From the human T2T-CHM13v2.0 reference genome, Homo sapiens, in NCBI RefSeq assembly GCF_009914755.1, contig NC_060927.1: a stretch of 64,000 nucleotides of DNA. The stretch is one strand, 5' to 3'. Position numbers and translations under genes: made by a program. A model generated the notes under the pieces. The model saw only the letters and a list, made by a program, of their open reading frames with translations, was not told where the DNA came from and did not search any database. Each line of letters opens with the position of its first letter. Position 1 is the stretch's first letter. Shown here one piece after another: positions 28,231-41,163 of the stretch.

Positions 28231-28539
28231 CATCCATGGCAACTTGTCTGTTGCCTAAATTATCCTTGAATTTCAAATTAGTCTTACAACCTATTATCAA
28301 AAGCTCTTCTAAAAGAAATTTCTACTTCTCTGTTATTACCCTTTTCTGACTTTTTCAATATCATCATTTTATAAATAAGTTCAAATGCTGCAGCCTTAAC
28401 AATAAAGCCATCTAGAAAAAAAAAATAATTTCAACGATTTCATTGTCATATTCTAACCCTCTCTCTTCTGTAAGCCCTTCTACCCACTATTAATAAAGGT
28501 CATTGTTCATTTAGTGCTAAATCTGCTATTCTAGTCATC

Positions 28540-29724
28540 ATTCCTTTGTAGCTAATCACTTTTTTCTCTGACTTCCATTAACAGCTTCTATCTTGATTGT
28601 AATTTTATGATAATAACTTTGGGTTTGGATTTATTTTGTTTACTGGACAAAGAATTCAGTTTTATCTGTCAATATGAGTAATAAGTGAATTGTCAAGTCT
28701 GGAAAATTCTCAGCCACTAATTCTTCAACTATTTTTAAATTATATTTTGTCATTATGAAACACTTTTAAGAAGTATATTGGGCTTTCTCCTTCGATTTTT
28801 CTGTTTCTTAACCTCAATTTAGCTATTTTCAGATCTCCTTAAATCTCCAAGTTGGGTTTTGAGAAATTTTATCATTTATATCTTTTAGTTTTCAAATTCT
28901 GTCTATATATCTCATTTTCTGTTTCTTGACATATAAGACATATAAAAGTGCATAGATTTGTTCTACAGCAACAGTAAATTTTGACATAGAACAGCTATAT
29001 AAACACTTCTAAGATTAAAATTTTAACACTTCTCATGATCAAGTTTCTTTCCCCTCGCACCACTCTTAGTGATTAACAATTGTCTCCAACCATTAAAATA
29101 ATCTTGATTTTGACTTCTAACCACGTTGATTAGTTTTATATATTTTTGAAGTTTTTATGAGTATAATAATCCAATGAATATCTGGCTTCTTTTGTTTAAT
29201 ATTATATTTGAGATATAAATCCAAGTTTTTCCATATAGCTGTAGTTTATTTTATTGGCAAGTTATGTTCTATTGTATACTGTAAATCCATTGCATATCTT
29301 ATATTCATTGTATATCTATTGTATGTTTATCCATTCTATTGTTGATATGCATTTGCAGCAGTTTGGCTTTAAGACCAGTGCAGAGACTGCTTCTATAAAT
29401 ATTATTCTGTACGTGTATTTTCATGCATAAGGTAGGGGAAAGTTTTCATATGAATTTCCAATCTATCTACTACCAGTTATTGAGAACATGGTCCTTTCCT
29501 TATCATTTTGCAATGACCCTTTTGTCATAATTCAGGTATCAATATATACCTGGGCTTTTTGTGGATTATGTATTCTGTTACATTGTGTCTATTTTTGCAA
29601 TGCTATCTAGTGTGATTTCTGTACCTAAATAAGGATTATTGATATATAGTATCATAGGTATCAATACAATTAACGATAAATAATAATGTCATTCTGTTAA
29701 ATATTTTCTAATTTCCTTTGTGAA
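28540..29724 (-). mobile_element. Old L1M/L1ME fragments (host of the LTR8 element; continues at 37044-37460)
   Basis: 'ttttctaatttcctttgtga' on the left resumes as 'tttctctttgacccatgg' on the right, a contiguous L1M motif. Confidence 0.65.
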
Positions 29725-29763
29725 TTTATTTATTTATTTATTTATTTTGCGGGACAGCAGAGT

Positions 29764-29769
29764 TTTATT
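29764..29769 (-). promoter_or_regulatory. LTR8 polyadenylation signal AATAAA
   Basis: 15 nt upstream of the start of the A-rich tail. Confidence 0.8.
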
Positions 29770-32289
29770 ATTACTCAAATCAATTGGGTCAGAGATGAAG
29801 TCATAGGGAATTGAAGCTGTCTTCTTATGCTGAGTCAGTTCCCAGGTGGGGGCGGCAAGAACAGATGAGCTAGTTTATCAATGTGGGTGATACCAGATGA
29901 TCCATCAGATGCAAGGCCTGCAAAATATCTTAAGCCCTGATCTTAGATTTTACAGTGGCAATGTTATCCTAGGAGCAATTTGGGAAGGGTCAGAATCTAG
30001 CAGATTTCAGCTGCATGACTCCTAAACCATAATTTCTAATCTTTTGACTAATTTATTAGTCCTACAAACGCAGTCTAGTTCCCAGGAAAGAAAGGGGTTT
30101 GTATTGGGAAAGGGTTATTATCATCTTTGTTTCAAATTATAAACTATAAACTAAGTTCCTCCCAAAGTTAATTCGGCCTACGGCCAGGAATGAATGAGAA
30201 TAACGTGGAGGTTAGAAGCAAGATGGGGTTGGTTAGATCAGGTTTCTTTCATTGTCTCACTTATAATTTTGCAGTGGTGGTTTCAGTTCCTCCCTTTGGG
30301 TTTTATAACATCTTAATCTCAAGGTGTTGGCTAAAGAAGATGGAAAAAGGCTGAAGACTGCTCTAACCTCTTCCTGCTGACTAGGGGTATAGTGAGGGTA
30401 GGTGTAATTGACCCCAAGGTGAAAGGAGTAGAACCTCTTTGCAACAGTTTTAACATACTCATGCAGGCCAGGCTGGGGTTCCAAGGCTTGCATGACAAAG
30501 GCAGTAGTATTCTTATCTATAGTTTTAGTACAGCATTTAAGGAAACAGCATACTATAAGGTAAATAATGAGTTCTTGGATAAGGAGTGAAATTCCAAGTT
30601 TTAAAAGTAAAGATTTGAAACATTAGTTAGGAGATTTGTAGCCCACAAAAAATTTAGGATTTACTCCAAACTTCAGAAAAATAGAAAAACTCAAGAACAA
30701 CTAACAACAGGTGTATTATGGATTTTTTTAAGCATAATTTTTCTCTCTAGTTTCCATTTTTATTGAAAATAAATTAAGGTAGGTCAAATTTACTTGTAAA
30801 ATTTGTTTTAATCTTAACATGCTCTGCCTGATTATTTGCATAAAGAGAAGTAGAAATAATTATTTTCCATATAGACTGATTTTAATATTGACTTTGCTGA
30901 AATTTTGTTCCATAAGGAATCTAAAATTGTACTTTTTTAGAAGCCTCGAAGCCCAGCCAAGGATTTATCTATGCTTGCAAATACCTGTGAATTTCTCACC
31001 TAGACATCCCAAAATAACTTGGGGGCCCTGGGCCTATCAGAAAGCGACATTCTTTACTTACCACAGATCAGGAAACTCGTACTGGGTTTGTGTAGACAAG
31101 GTATTAGGCCAGATTTTCCAAGGGGCTTTTATTGGCTCTAGAAGTCAAATTTGTTTATTTAAAGAAAGCATGCCATTCCAATCAAAGCCTTGGTAAAATA
31201 ACCAGTTTCTCTAATTGTGATGTATTACAAAAGAAAACAGATTCTTATTGCACTTATGCAAATAACTATACAGCCATAAGTTGAGAATACTCACAAACAG
31301 TTTCTAAATTCTGGAGAAATCAGGTAGAGGGAAAGCAATATGTTCCAAATTTTGCTCCCAGGAGTATACTATTTTCACTTAGTAAAAGTAAATAGCGCAA
31401 AAGAAATAAATTTTCTTGACTCTGAAGGCAAAAAGGTTAGCAATGTTTAACACATCCCCTCTTCACGACAGTCCTAGAAGTTTTGTTTTCTCCTCTATTC
31501 TAATAGCACAATTTTTAAAGTTATCAGAGATCTGCATTTAAGAGTACCCATCAGAGTCCTACATCTGATTATAAACTGCCTTCTGAAAAGAATCAAAGCA
31601 CGACAAAATTGTCTGAGACAAAAGTCTTAGGAGAGCCACTAAAAAACCTACAATAGACTAGGAATTTGTTACTTCTGTAGCATACAACAATTTTACACGA
31701 CAATTATAATTATTAATAATGTACACTCAATCATATCAGAATTATAGAAGTTTCCCATAATTATGGAATACATACTGATAACATATTTATACAAATACAG
31801 CCCAAGGAAAGCCAAATGCTATTTCACATTTGAAAATGCTTCTTGTATGATTTTTATATCAAATAGGCCAAATATGTCATTTTTGGACTTCAGGGGACCT
31901 AATATCTAAAAGCATAATTAGGTTAGAAAAAGACATACATTATAATTTGATTTTGGAAAATTTTTCAAATATCAAAGGTTTAAAACACTGGATGTCACAA
32001 AATAGAATCTCAGGTCACCATAAATCATTCATATGGTCAAAATAATAACTCCAAAATTTTATAAAAGGAAAAATCTTTACTGTGATAGAGGGGACTTAAT
32101 TTTCCAAACAATAAGACCCAATGAGGATAGCATGAGGCAAGCTGAATCTGTCTCTTTTCTCTCTTATCCCTTTTCTCCTGCCATTTATCCAAAGGGGCAA
32201 ACAAAATCCTTTTTTTTTTAATATTACATAAAAATGTTTTTCAAAAGAGAAAACCTAATTTCATATTTGCATTAGTGCATCTTTAATGC

Positions 32290-32656
32290 TGTATTAGTCC
32301 ATTTTAATACTGATATAAAGAACTACCTGAGACTGGGTAATTTATATGGAAAGGTTTAATTGGCTCACAGTTCTGCATGGCTAGAGAGGCCTCAGAAAAC
32401 ATGCACTCATGGTGGAATGTGAAGGAGAAGCAAGCACCTTCTTTACAAGGTGGCAGGAGAGCAAGCAAGCAAGGAGGGAACTGCCAAACACTTTTAAACA
32501 CCATCAGATCTTCTGAGAACTTACTCACTATCAGGAAAACAGCATGGAGGAAACCGCCCTCATGATCCAATCACTCCTACCAGGTCCCTCCCCTGACAGA
32601 TGGAGGTTACAATTCAAGATGAGATTTGGGTGGGGACACAGAGCCAAATCTTGTCA
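32290..32656 (-). mobile_element. THE1 (C/D-like) solo LTR inside the LTR8 element
   Basis: tgtattagtcc...gccaaatcttgtca; perfect TSD AATGC. Confidence 0.92.
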
Positions 32657-35600
32657 AATGCTGAAGCTAGTTTTTAATAAAATTTATTAATCTATTCAGC
32701 TTTAATTTACTTTGACCATAGCATAAGATTTGTATGAACTTTTTAGAACCCTTTACAATTTTTCATTAAACAGCAGATTAATTTTCTAAGAAAGCTATGT
32801 TATTTGGACACATAGGCCGAGATTCTGGCCCTATATAAGTGTGTTTTTAATTTTAATATTCAACCTATGAAAAAAAAATCCCCTTTAAATCTTAGCCAAC
32901 TTGCTCATACCCACAAAACTTTCTTTACAAGATCCACCCTTCACAAAAACTTTTCAATTTGCTTAAACCTTCAGTTATGTCCCATTACTCTTTTAGGTTA
33001 AGACGATCTTTAAAACTCTCTGAACTAGACAAAATTACATTCCCTTTAACAAAAACCATATTCTCATGTCTTCTTATAATCTCACACAAAATCTATATTC
33101 TCCTTTCTTCTATACTTTGCAATCGTGCATATAAAAATGTTTTTTCAGTAGTCCCGAGTACATGTTACATTGTTAACTTTTAGCAATTTTCATTTTTTGG
33201 TGAAAAACCTGGTAAGTGATATTGTTTTAATTATGTACAAGGTGTGGAGCCTATGACATCAGATAGAAGTGCAGATAAGGTCTGACTTTTTTCAGCATAG
33301 CTAGGGGGCATGGTTAACTCCACATGTCCTCAGACCTTAGGTAAGTGAAACAATTTTCAAAAGTCAAAGAAGCAGTTTATGACCTTCAAGCATTTAGCAA
33401 ACCTAATATCTTACCTAATTTAAAGCAAATGTCTAAATGTTGAAGACATTGTTGTTTTAACAATAATCTTTAAAACTGTCTTTATTTCCAAGAGATTGCT
33501 AAAGTCAAGGAACAAAAAGACATTAAAAAGTTTCTATTTTCTTGTGTTTATTTTCTAAGACAATCAGAGCTCACCCACAACACATATAGATACATAGACA
33601 GAGAAAAGATTCAGTAGTTGTAAGATTTTTTATGTGCCAGTTTTTTAATTGGATTACTAGCTTTAAGGTGGAGTCCTTGGTTATGCCAGGAAAGCATGAA
33701 GTTTCTAGGAACTAATAAGCAGGCACAGCTGGAAGGCAAAAACAGATCCCCAGCATTAATGGTCCCATTTTTATATCACATCCTGTATCACCCAAATGAG
33801 GGAAATGCAGTGGGAGAAGACAGTGCAATGGTTTTACTATGCATTTCAATGCAAGGCAACCCCAAGCCAATCAACCCATTTTGTAAATCAGCCCATCCCC
33901 CATGAAGGTCTCATCTCTCAGTGGGTATAGTGATGTTTCCATATCTTCTGGGTAGCCAGGAGCATGCTTCTCTAATCCAAGCATCGAAGAGCTGACTATT
34001 CCCCCATAACTGCCATTACCCATCCTCTAAATAATATTTCCTACTTATTTGTTACCAAAGTTCTCTCATAATGCAAAGTAGTTTCTGATACCCACAAACG
34101 TCAAAACTGTCAGCTAACACAATACAAAATAGAACAGCCTTAGATTTTGAGAGGGATCAATCCACTTTCAATTCCTGATGTTTCATGAGGAAATCAGGCT
34201 TTTCTCAGGATAGGATCTGTGGTTCCTCCTCTGTTTCTCCCCAGGAGTTCTAGGATGTTGGAATTTATCTTAGGTTCTCTCATGTGGGCATCAGAGTGAC
34301 AAGAAGACAACAAAGAGAAAAACAATTCAGTTGACTGAGAAGAAAAAAACTTTTTTTAGAAAAAGACGATTCAAGAAGAAGAAAAAGATAAAGGCCTTTT
34401 AAGTATATATGCTTAGATATCTATTTTTAATTAAGCTGATTTGCTGATTTTAACCATAGAGCTCTTTAAAAAAAAAAAAAAAGTCTTTTTAAATCTTATT
34501 ACCAGACTCCAGCCAGGAAAGCCAATATTTCTGGCTTTTGACTTCTACCACAGGTAACAACCTACATTAAATTAATAAAAAGTGTTAAATAAGGTTGTAA
34601 CTTAACCATGAACGCATAAGATGTCTCAAAGTGATGGTAAGCAGTTTCTTTTTAAAAGAATTAGAATCTCCCCAAAGGTAGTTCGGGAAAGGAAAAATAA
34701 AGACAGGATATCAGAAGCTATCCATGAGGGGAAGAAAAAATATCAGTAAATGGCAAAGTTACACAAATAACAAACCAGAAAGAAATCAATCCTGAAGCCA
34801 AGAATTGAACCTGGGCTGCCATGGTCAAAGGACAAAGCCTTAACTACTAAGCTAAATAGCACTGAGCAGTTTCTTTTGCTGTTCCCAGAAGGAGTCTAGA
34901 GCAGACAATTTGCAAAGGCTTTTAACTGCCCAAGAATTTTTAGGGCTAACCATGATACAAACTCAAAATTCTAGTCTTCTGGTGGCAATTCCCATCTTCT
35001 GGTGGATGATGGCAACCAAGAGAAAGTGTCCCACATGGTCACAAGGTTAAGCTCTTAAGGACACAAAGCAACACAGAAATTTCATTCAGTATTGGTTTCA
35101 GGGAAATGCAGCAAAGTTTGTAACTAACCAGCCTAATATGCTGGCTTGAAAAGCAGGCTTATAAGGGTCCTCAACCTGCATGCTATCCTGTGATATCCCT
35201 CTCTCCATCAAAGAACACAGAAAAAAACAAACTCTTTGCACAAAGTACACCAGATTTGCTACACCATAAGACTAGTCTCACCAAATCCTTTTTTCTAATA
35301 ATCAAACCCTTGCAGAGGAGACAAACAGTGATGTTTACCATTTAAACACGAACACACACAGAGACAAAGAGAGAGAGAGAGAGAGACAGAGAAAGAATGG
35401 TTAGCAACTTGGCTGGTAAGAAATTCTTACCCTTTCTGCTGGACTACCAGGTTTCTGGGTTCCCTTTCTCTGCAGCTTCCAGAAGAACAGAGTCACTTTG
35501 ATGACTCTGCTCACTGTACCATAGCTGTGTGGGTCAAGCCCCATTACAAAAGAAAATCATCCTTTTCTGTTTTATGGATCCATAGGCAAAAGCTTCTCAA

Positions 35601-36200
35601 TTTTGCAAGATGTTGCCCAATGGGCTGCATGCGGAGCCAAATTAGCATTTTCCATCTCAGACAAAGCAAAATACACATAACAAAACAGACACTAGTCATA
35701 TCATTCAGCACCCAACATGCACCTGGCAAGGCTCAAACTTTCTCCCGGTAGTTCCTGTCATACTTGATTCACTGAAGGTGGGGAAGGATGACTCTCACCA
35801 GGAATTCAATGGATGGTCTCCAGGCAAGATGAAGAATAGTTACCACACATCAGTCCTTTTAAGGTTTTTTTAGGGCTTACTGAATGTGATCAGACTTACA
35901 GAGCGTTCTCCAAATTAGGCCTGATGGGCTTCTGTCAGCAATTCCTTCAGAGATCCCTTCCACAAACACAAACACACAAACAAGAACAAGAGGGACAGAA
36001 GGCCTTCCAAATCAAGATCCCTAATCAAGAATTCCAAGATTATTCCTTCCAGACTAACCTCCTATTCTCTGTCTAAAAAATCTCCCCCAAATCTTTCCAA
36101 CTGAGGAGAAGACTCTTCCTACTAATTAGGGAGAGCCAACTGAGACCCCCAAAGGAGCTGAACCAACTGGGGGAAGGAAGGAGGTGTTAGCAGCACCTAG

Positions 36201-36210
36201 AATACTTACC
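36201..36210 (-). promoter_or_regulatory. Candidate retroviral major splice donor (G/GTAAGTATT)
   Basis: Consensus donor in the leader downstream of the PBS. Confidence 0.45.
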
Positions 36211-36235
36211 AAATCAGACACCTGGTAAAAGAGCT

Positions 36236-36538
36236 TGTATTAGTCCATTCTCATGCTGCTATAAAAAACTTTCCTGAAACTGGGTAATTTTTAGAGGAAA
36301 AGAGGTTCACAAGGCAGCAGGAGAGGGAAGAGCATGTGAAGGAGAAACTGTCACTTATAAAATCATCAGATCTTGTGAGAACTCACTCATTATCAACAGA
36401 AAAGCATGGGGGAAACCGACCTTATGATCCAATCACCTCCCTCCCTCAACACATGAGGATTACAGGTCCCACCCTTGACACATGGGGATTACAATTTGAG
36501 ATGAAATTTGGGTGGGGACACAGAACCAAACCATATTA
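36236..36538 (-). mobile_element. THE1C-like solo LTR, internally deleted
   Basis: tgtattagtcc...accaaaccatatta; degenerate TSD gagct/ggact. Confidence 0.88.
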
Positions 36539-36683
36539 GGACTACAGGTATAGCCACTCCATGGTGGCTGGGGCTACAGACAGACATTCCATAATGGGGC
36601 TACAGACAGACACCCCGTGGTAGAGCTACAGATAGACACCTCATCATGGGGCTATAGATAGACACCCCACCATGGAACTACAG
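36539..36683. repeat. ~26-bp degenerate tandem array in ERV leader (ggggctacagacagacacc...)
   Basis: 5-6 units read directly; one more partial unit lies left of the THE1 insertion. Confidence 0.85.
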
Positions 36684-36877
36684 TTGTGGGATGTCTCCCC
36701 AAGTCCATTTCTCTGTTGCAATTAAGTCCATGCACATTGGGTGGGCAGCGCCTTGCCAGAAGACACTGGACCAGCGTCAGCCCCCAGTCCAAGAGAACTA
36801 GGTGGCCACTTGGGCTGGCCTCTGGATCTGTCACTGTATGGGGGCTACCAAACCATGGGCAGGTAGCCACAAGGGCA

Positions 36878-36895
36878 ACCCTGGAGGAACCCCCA
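36878..36895 (-). promoter_or_regulatory. Primer-binding site, tRNA-Pro
   Basis: TGGGGGTTCCTCCAGGGT vs TGGGGGCTCGTCCGGGAT (14/18), just inside the LTR's terminal CA. Confidence 0.8.
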
Positions 36896-37725
36896 AATTT
36901 GTAACCACCCACTGGGTTCACCTTGCCTGCTGCCTAGACAGAACCTATTTATCAAGACAGGGAAATTGCAACAGAGAAAGAGTAATTCATGAAGAGCCAG
37001 CTGTGTGGAAGACTGGAGCTTTATTATTACTCAAATCAGCCTCTGTTTATGATATTTCTCTTTGACCCATGGATTTACAAATGTTTCTGTTTTTTTGTTT
37101 TTCCTTTTGTTCATTTCCAAACATATGGGTATCTTTAAGTTACCTTTTTATTGTTCATTTTGACCTTATTTCTACTGGTGACAGGGAATATATCCTGTAT
37201 AAGTTCAGTCTTCTGACATTTATATCATGTTTATTTATACTCTAACAAACCTTAAATGATGTTAAATGTTGAGTTTGATCTTGACATAAAATTTGCAGTT
37301 TTGGCATTTATTATCAATTATGCCCAGATTTTAGTCACCTTGTTCAAATCTTCAGTTTTGAACAAGCAAAATCTATTAGTTTCTGTTAGTATTAGTTTTT
37401 AAGACAAATATGTTAAAATATGCAACTAATGTTTGTACATTCATTTGCTTTTCTCTTACTCTTAGCAAGTGATTGAGAGCATTAATAATTCCAGATCATT
37501 GCATCCATAGTCTGTGTTTGTGACTACCTGCAAATGGTATTAGTTACTAAAATGGCCAGGATATGTTTCCCATTTACATTTCTTGTTACCTTGAACTGTC
37601 AACTTCCCAGTGGTTTCAGTAGTACTACATCTGTCTTTCTCTGCATCTCTGCATCATTAGATGCATGCCATAACTCTAGTTGTCAAGCCAGTAAAGCAAA
37701 AGGCTATTACAACTTTGTTCCTTTT

Positions 37726-38014
37726 GTTTGTTTGTTTGAAATGGAGTCTCGCTCTGTTTCCCAGGCTGGAATGCAGTGGCATGATCTTGGTTAACTGCAA
37801 CCTTGCCTCCCAGGTTCAAGAGATTATCCTGCGTCAGCCTCCTGAGCAGCTGGGACTACAGAAGCACACCACCACACCCAGTTAATTTTTTATTTTTAGT
37901 AAAGACGGGGTTTTACCATATTGGCCAAGCTGGTCTCGAATTCCTGACCTCGTGATTCACCTGCCTTGCCTCCCATAGTCCTGGGTTTACAGGCATGAGC
38001 CACCATGCTCAGCC
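37726..38014 (-). mobile_element. AluS (Sg/Sc-like)
   Basis: Dimer with (TTTG)n tail; perfect 13-bp TSD CTTTGTTCCTTTT (37713, 38015). Confidence 0.93.
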
Positions 38015-39894
38015 CTTTGTTCCTTTTCTTATATTTCCAGTGAATTCTCAGCTGTGATCATCACACAGCCCAAAGGAAAAAACATCCCTCAAACTCAAGG
38101 TGAAGTTTTCTTCTGTTTGGGTTGTCTCCTTTACCCTGGCTGTATAATACTTACAAGCTTTTTGTTGTTGTTGTTAAGTATAGTTTTTTCTAATTATTCT
38201 CAGTAGACTTTATGTAAATTTACTAGTGCATCATTGCCTGAAGATGAGATTCTGATTTTTTCTTTTCCTATGTTTTTAATTAGCTGCTTATCCTACTCAT
38301 TAGCACTTAAGTTAATTTACCTAAGTATGTTGTTTTGTTTCTTAATTTTTTTTTTACTTGGATATTTCTGAAGAACATTTTCATTGTGGTTTCTATTAAT
38401 TAATAACTAACATTTTTAAATGTACATATTATGTAACTTTTAAAATTTTTTCTGTTACATCTACTTATGGGGGTGTACTGATGCTGTCATCTTTGGTATT
38501 CTTTAATTATTTCCTTTTTTTAAACATATTTTGTTAGTTTTTTACTTCGTATTCTTCAGCTTAACCTTTGTTTGTTTTGTTTTCCTGCAAAATCCCATGT
38601 GCCATGGATTGCAAATGAGTCTCTGCAGTGAAGTTTATCACCTGCTTTTACTAGGCAACTGCTTTTTGAGCTACCTCTAAAATTTGCGTCCTTTGGTTTT
38701 ATTCCAAGTAGACTAGAATAAGCATAAGGAAGCAATCACTTTGACATCTCCCTAGTTTTCTGTTTTTCTAGGATAAAATCTAGTTTAATAGATTCTAAGA
38801 ACACAAAGCTATTCTGTGACTCCTTCCAATTTTGTAGAATTTTCTTGGTAGATGGCACCTAATTTTGTGTCCTGAATATGACAAAATCGAGATATAAAAA
38901 CTTATATCCTGTGGAATGTATACCCTATTTGATGTTTTTTTAGAAAATAAGAGGCATTGGAATTTTTCCATATTTGGAGTAGTCTAGACATAACCTCGTT
39001 GATTTACCCTGGTTATGAAATCATCCTATACCTAAAGAAATAAAGTATTTCTTAGATTTTATTTATTTTTTTAATGCTGTTCTCTATTGCTTAAAGTAAT
39101 AACACTGAGTTTGGAAATAGTGTATTTTGTTTTGAGTTCTGAAACTGACACAACTGTATTGAGTGATATGACAAATACTTACAATATGTCAAGCCATATT
39201 ATCACGTTATTTGGTGCTGAGAATATAGAAATGAGTCAAAGAGAAAGTGTTTTCATCCTAATGGATCTTGCAGGAGTATGTAATATTGGAAAGTTATTAA
39301 GTCTCACTAAACCACATTAAAAATAAATTTATATTATGGAAATAATACTTGCTCTATTTAACTCAAAGGGACTTCATGAAGTAGAAATTAGTACAAGGGA
39401 AATCACATGTGTAAAACCATGTAGACGAAAACTAAAAATGTATCTTTTACTTTTTATTTTCATAAATTACAGTAGCTTAAATTATTACTTTATCTTCCAG
39501 ATAAAGTACTGTACTCTCCCAGAAATTTAAATTCCAAGTTACTACTACCAAGCCTAACCATGTGATTACTCTTTACTGTTATCATATGCTCTTTGACATT
39601 ATCTCCATGTAAATTTTCAAATGGACCACCACCGTTTTTTTAGTAGATTGGACTGACCACCTATCTTTCAAAACACTTGCTCAGTTAGGTTTAATTGATT
39701 GTAAATTCTCCATCCATTTTTTCTTTAATTTTTAGTTTTCTTCTTTGTTGTTTTGCTGTTTGGTAAATGTAGTAAAATTAAAATATGCTTGCTATCTCTG
39801 ATGTCGTAGCAACTCTTAAACTCATTGAGAATAACAGCAATTCTCTTTTCTTTATCCTTGTCAGAATGTCTTCTGAAATTCACCTTAAGTCACA

Positions 39895-40137
39895 CAATGT
39901 TTATTGAGTTACTATTAAGTGTTAGACATTATCTAGACACAAGAGGTACAGAGATTAATAAACCGTTATCTACATTCGAGAAATTTATAATCTGTTGAAA
40001 GAAACAAATGTGTATGCAACGAAGTATACAATAAATAAGAGGCATATGAGCCTGCTCAAAGTGCTATTGAAGCAGAGAGGAGGAAGCAATTCATTCTGAC
40101 CCAGGAAACTGGAAAATGCTTCATGGAACAGGTGGCA
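39895..40137 (-). mobile_element. L2 3' fragment
   Basis: 'aatgtttattgag...gtgttagacattatctagacac...gcttcatggaacaggtggca'. Confidence 0.65.
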
Positions 40138-40874
40138 AAAGGGTCCAGTAATTAGTCTATCGAGGAAATAATTTTTTCAATCCATGTGCCTGCTGCCATA
40201 GTTTCTTGGATCCTTTTTGCTGGCAATGTAAGAGTTTTAAGGCTCCTTTCAGGCCCAAGTAAATCTTTAAACACCTTCGAGTTTTAAGACATTTCACTTC
40301 TGGCCCATCAATAGTAAATTTACAACCTACAGGTCAGAACCAAAAGCTTTTCAAACTGTAATTGACAAATACCAGGGAGCATCTCACTTCATCATGGAAA
40401 TTTTAAAACTTCAAAATGAACCTGGAGAACATGGGGTGCATTGCCTTCAGTCAGGATTACTTCGACTCTTTCTCCCAAACTCCACTGGGAGTTAAAAACA
40501 AATTTCAGAGGGTCAAAATAATCCTAAAAGCCTCTTACAATAGCATGCAGGAAGCAATACTGAGTTCTCACGGTCTCAATATGACACAAATTTATACCAT
40601 GTGTCAAAACCCTAGAACTAATTTTGCAGAACACTAAATCTGGTGAAACTACAGCTTGCAGTGTAAGATCCATTCATTATTTCCTTTACTGTAACTGTAT
40701 CCAGCAGTGACTTTAACTTTCTTTCCTGTTTATTAAATTTTTGGAATTAGTGAGAAAAACATATATTGTTTTGTAATGCTTGGTAATTGAAAGCATAGCT
40801 AATATTACTGTTACTTTTATGTCATTACATATTTGTGTAGAAGCAGACAAATCTATGATTTTTATTAATTTTTT

Positions 40875-41163
40875 TTAGCTTAACAGAAATGTATTTGCTC
40901 AAAGTTCTGGAGGCTAGAAGTCCCAGAGGCCTCTATTTCTGGCTTGCGCACAGCCACTTCCTTACCATGTCCTTCCACTGGGAGTGGGGAGAGGCAGCAC
41001 ACAAGCTCTCTGTTCTCTTATGAGGACACAAATCCTGTTGGATCAGGGTCCATCCTTAATACACCACTTAATCACCTCTTTATAGACCGCGTCCCCAAAT
41101 ACAGTTACAATAGGGATTAGAGCTTTGTCTAATACTGGGGGGATGCAATTCAGTCCATTAGCA
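40875..41163 (-). mobile_element. MLT1A-type MaLR LTR
   Basis: 'aacagaaatgtatttgctca...ttctggaggctagaagtcc...caattcagtccattagca'. Confidence 0.82.

Larger units (their letters stand above)
29725..37043 (-). mobile_element. LTR8 / HUERS-P1 (MER4-group, ERV1) element with RNA-like structure R-U5-internal-U3-R-poly(A)
   Basis: U3-R at 30285-29749 (TGAAACC start), PPT-like ccaaagggaggaac at ~30286-30299, non-coding MER4-type interior, PBS-Pro, R-U5 at 37043-36900, (TAAA)n tail at 29725-29748. Confidence 0.88.

Noticed and set aside
36539-36683. Repeat array that superficially resembles a CRISPR array
   Set aside because: Units are degenerate and contiguous with only ~7-bp variable parts. There are no unique spacers or cas genes, and it lies in a primate ERV leader.
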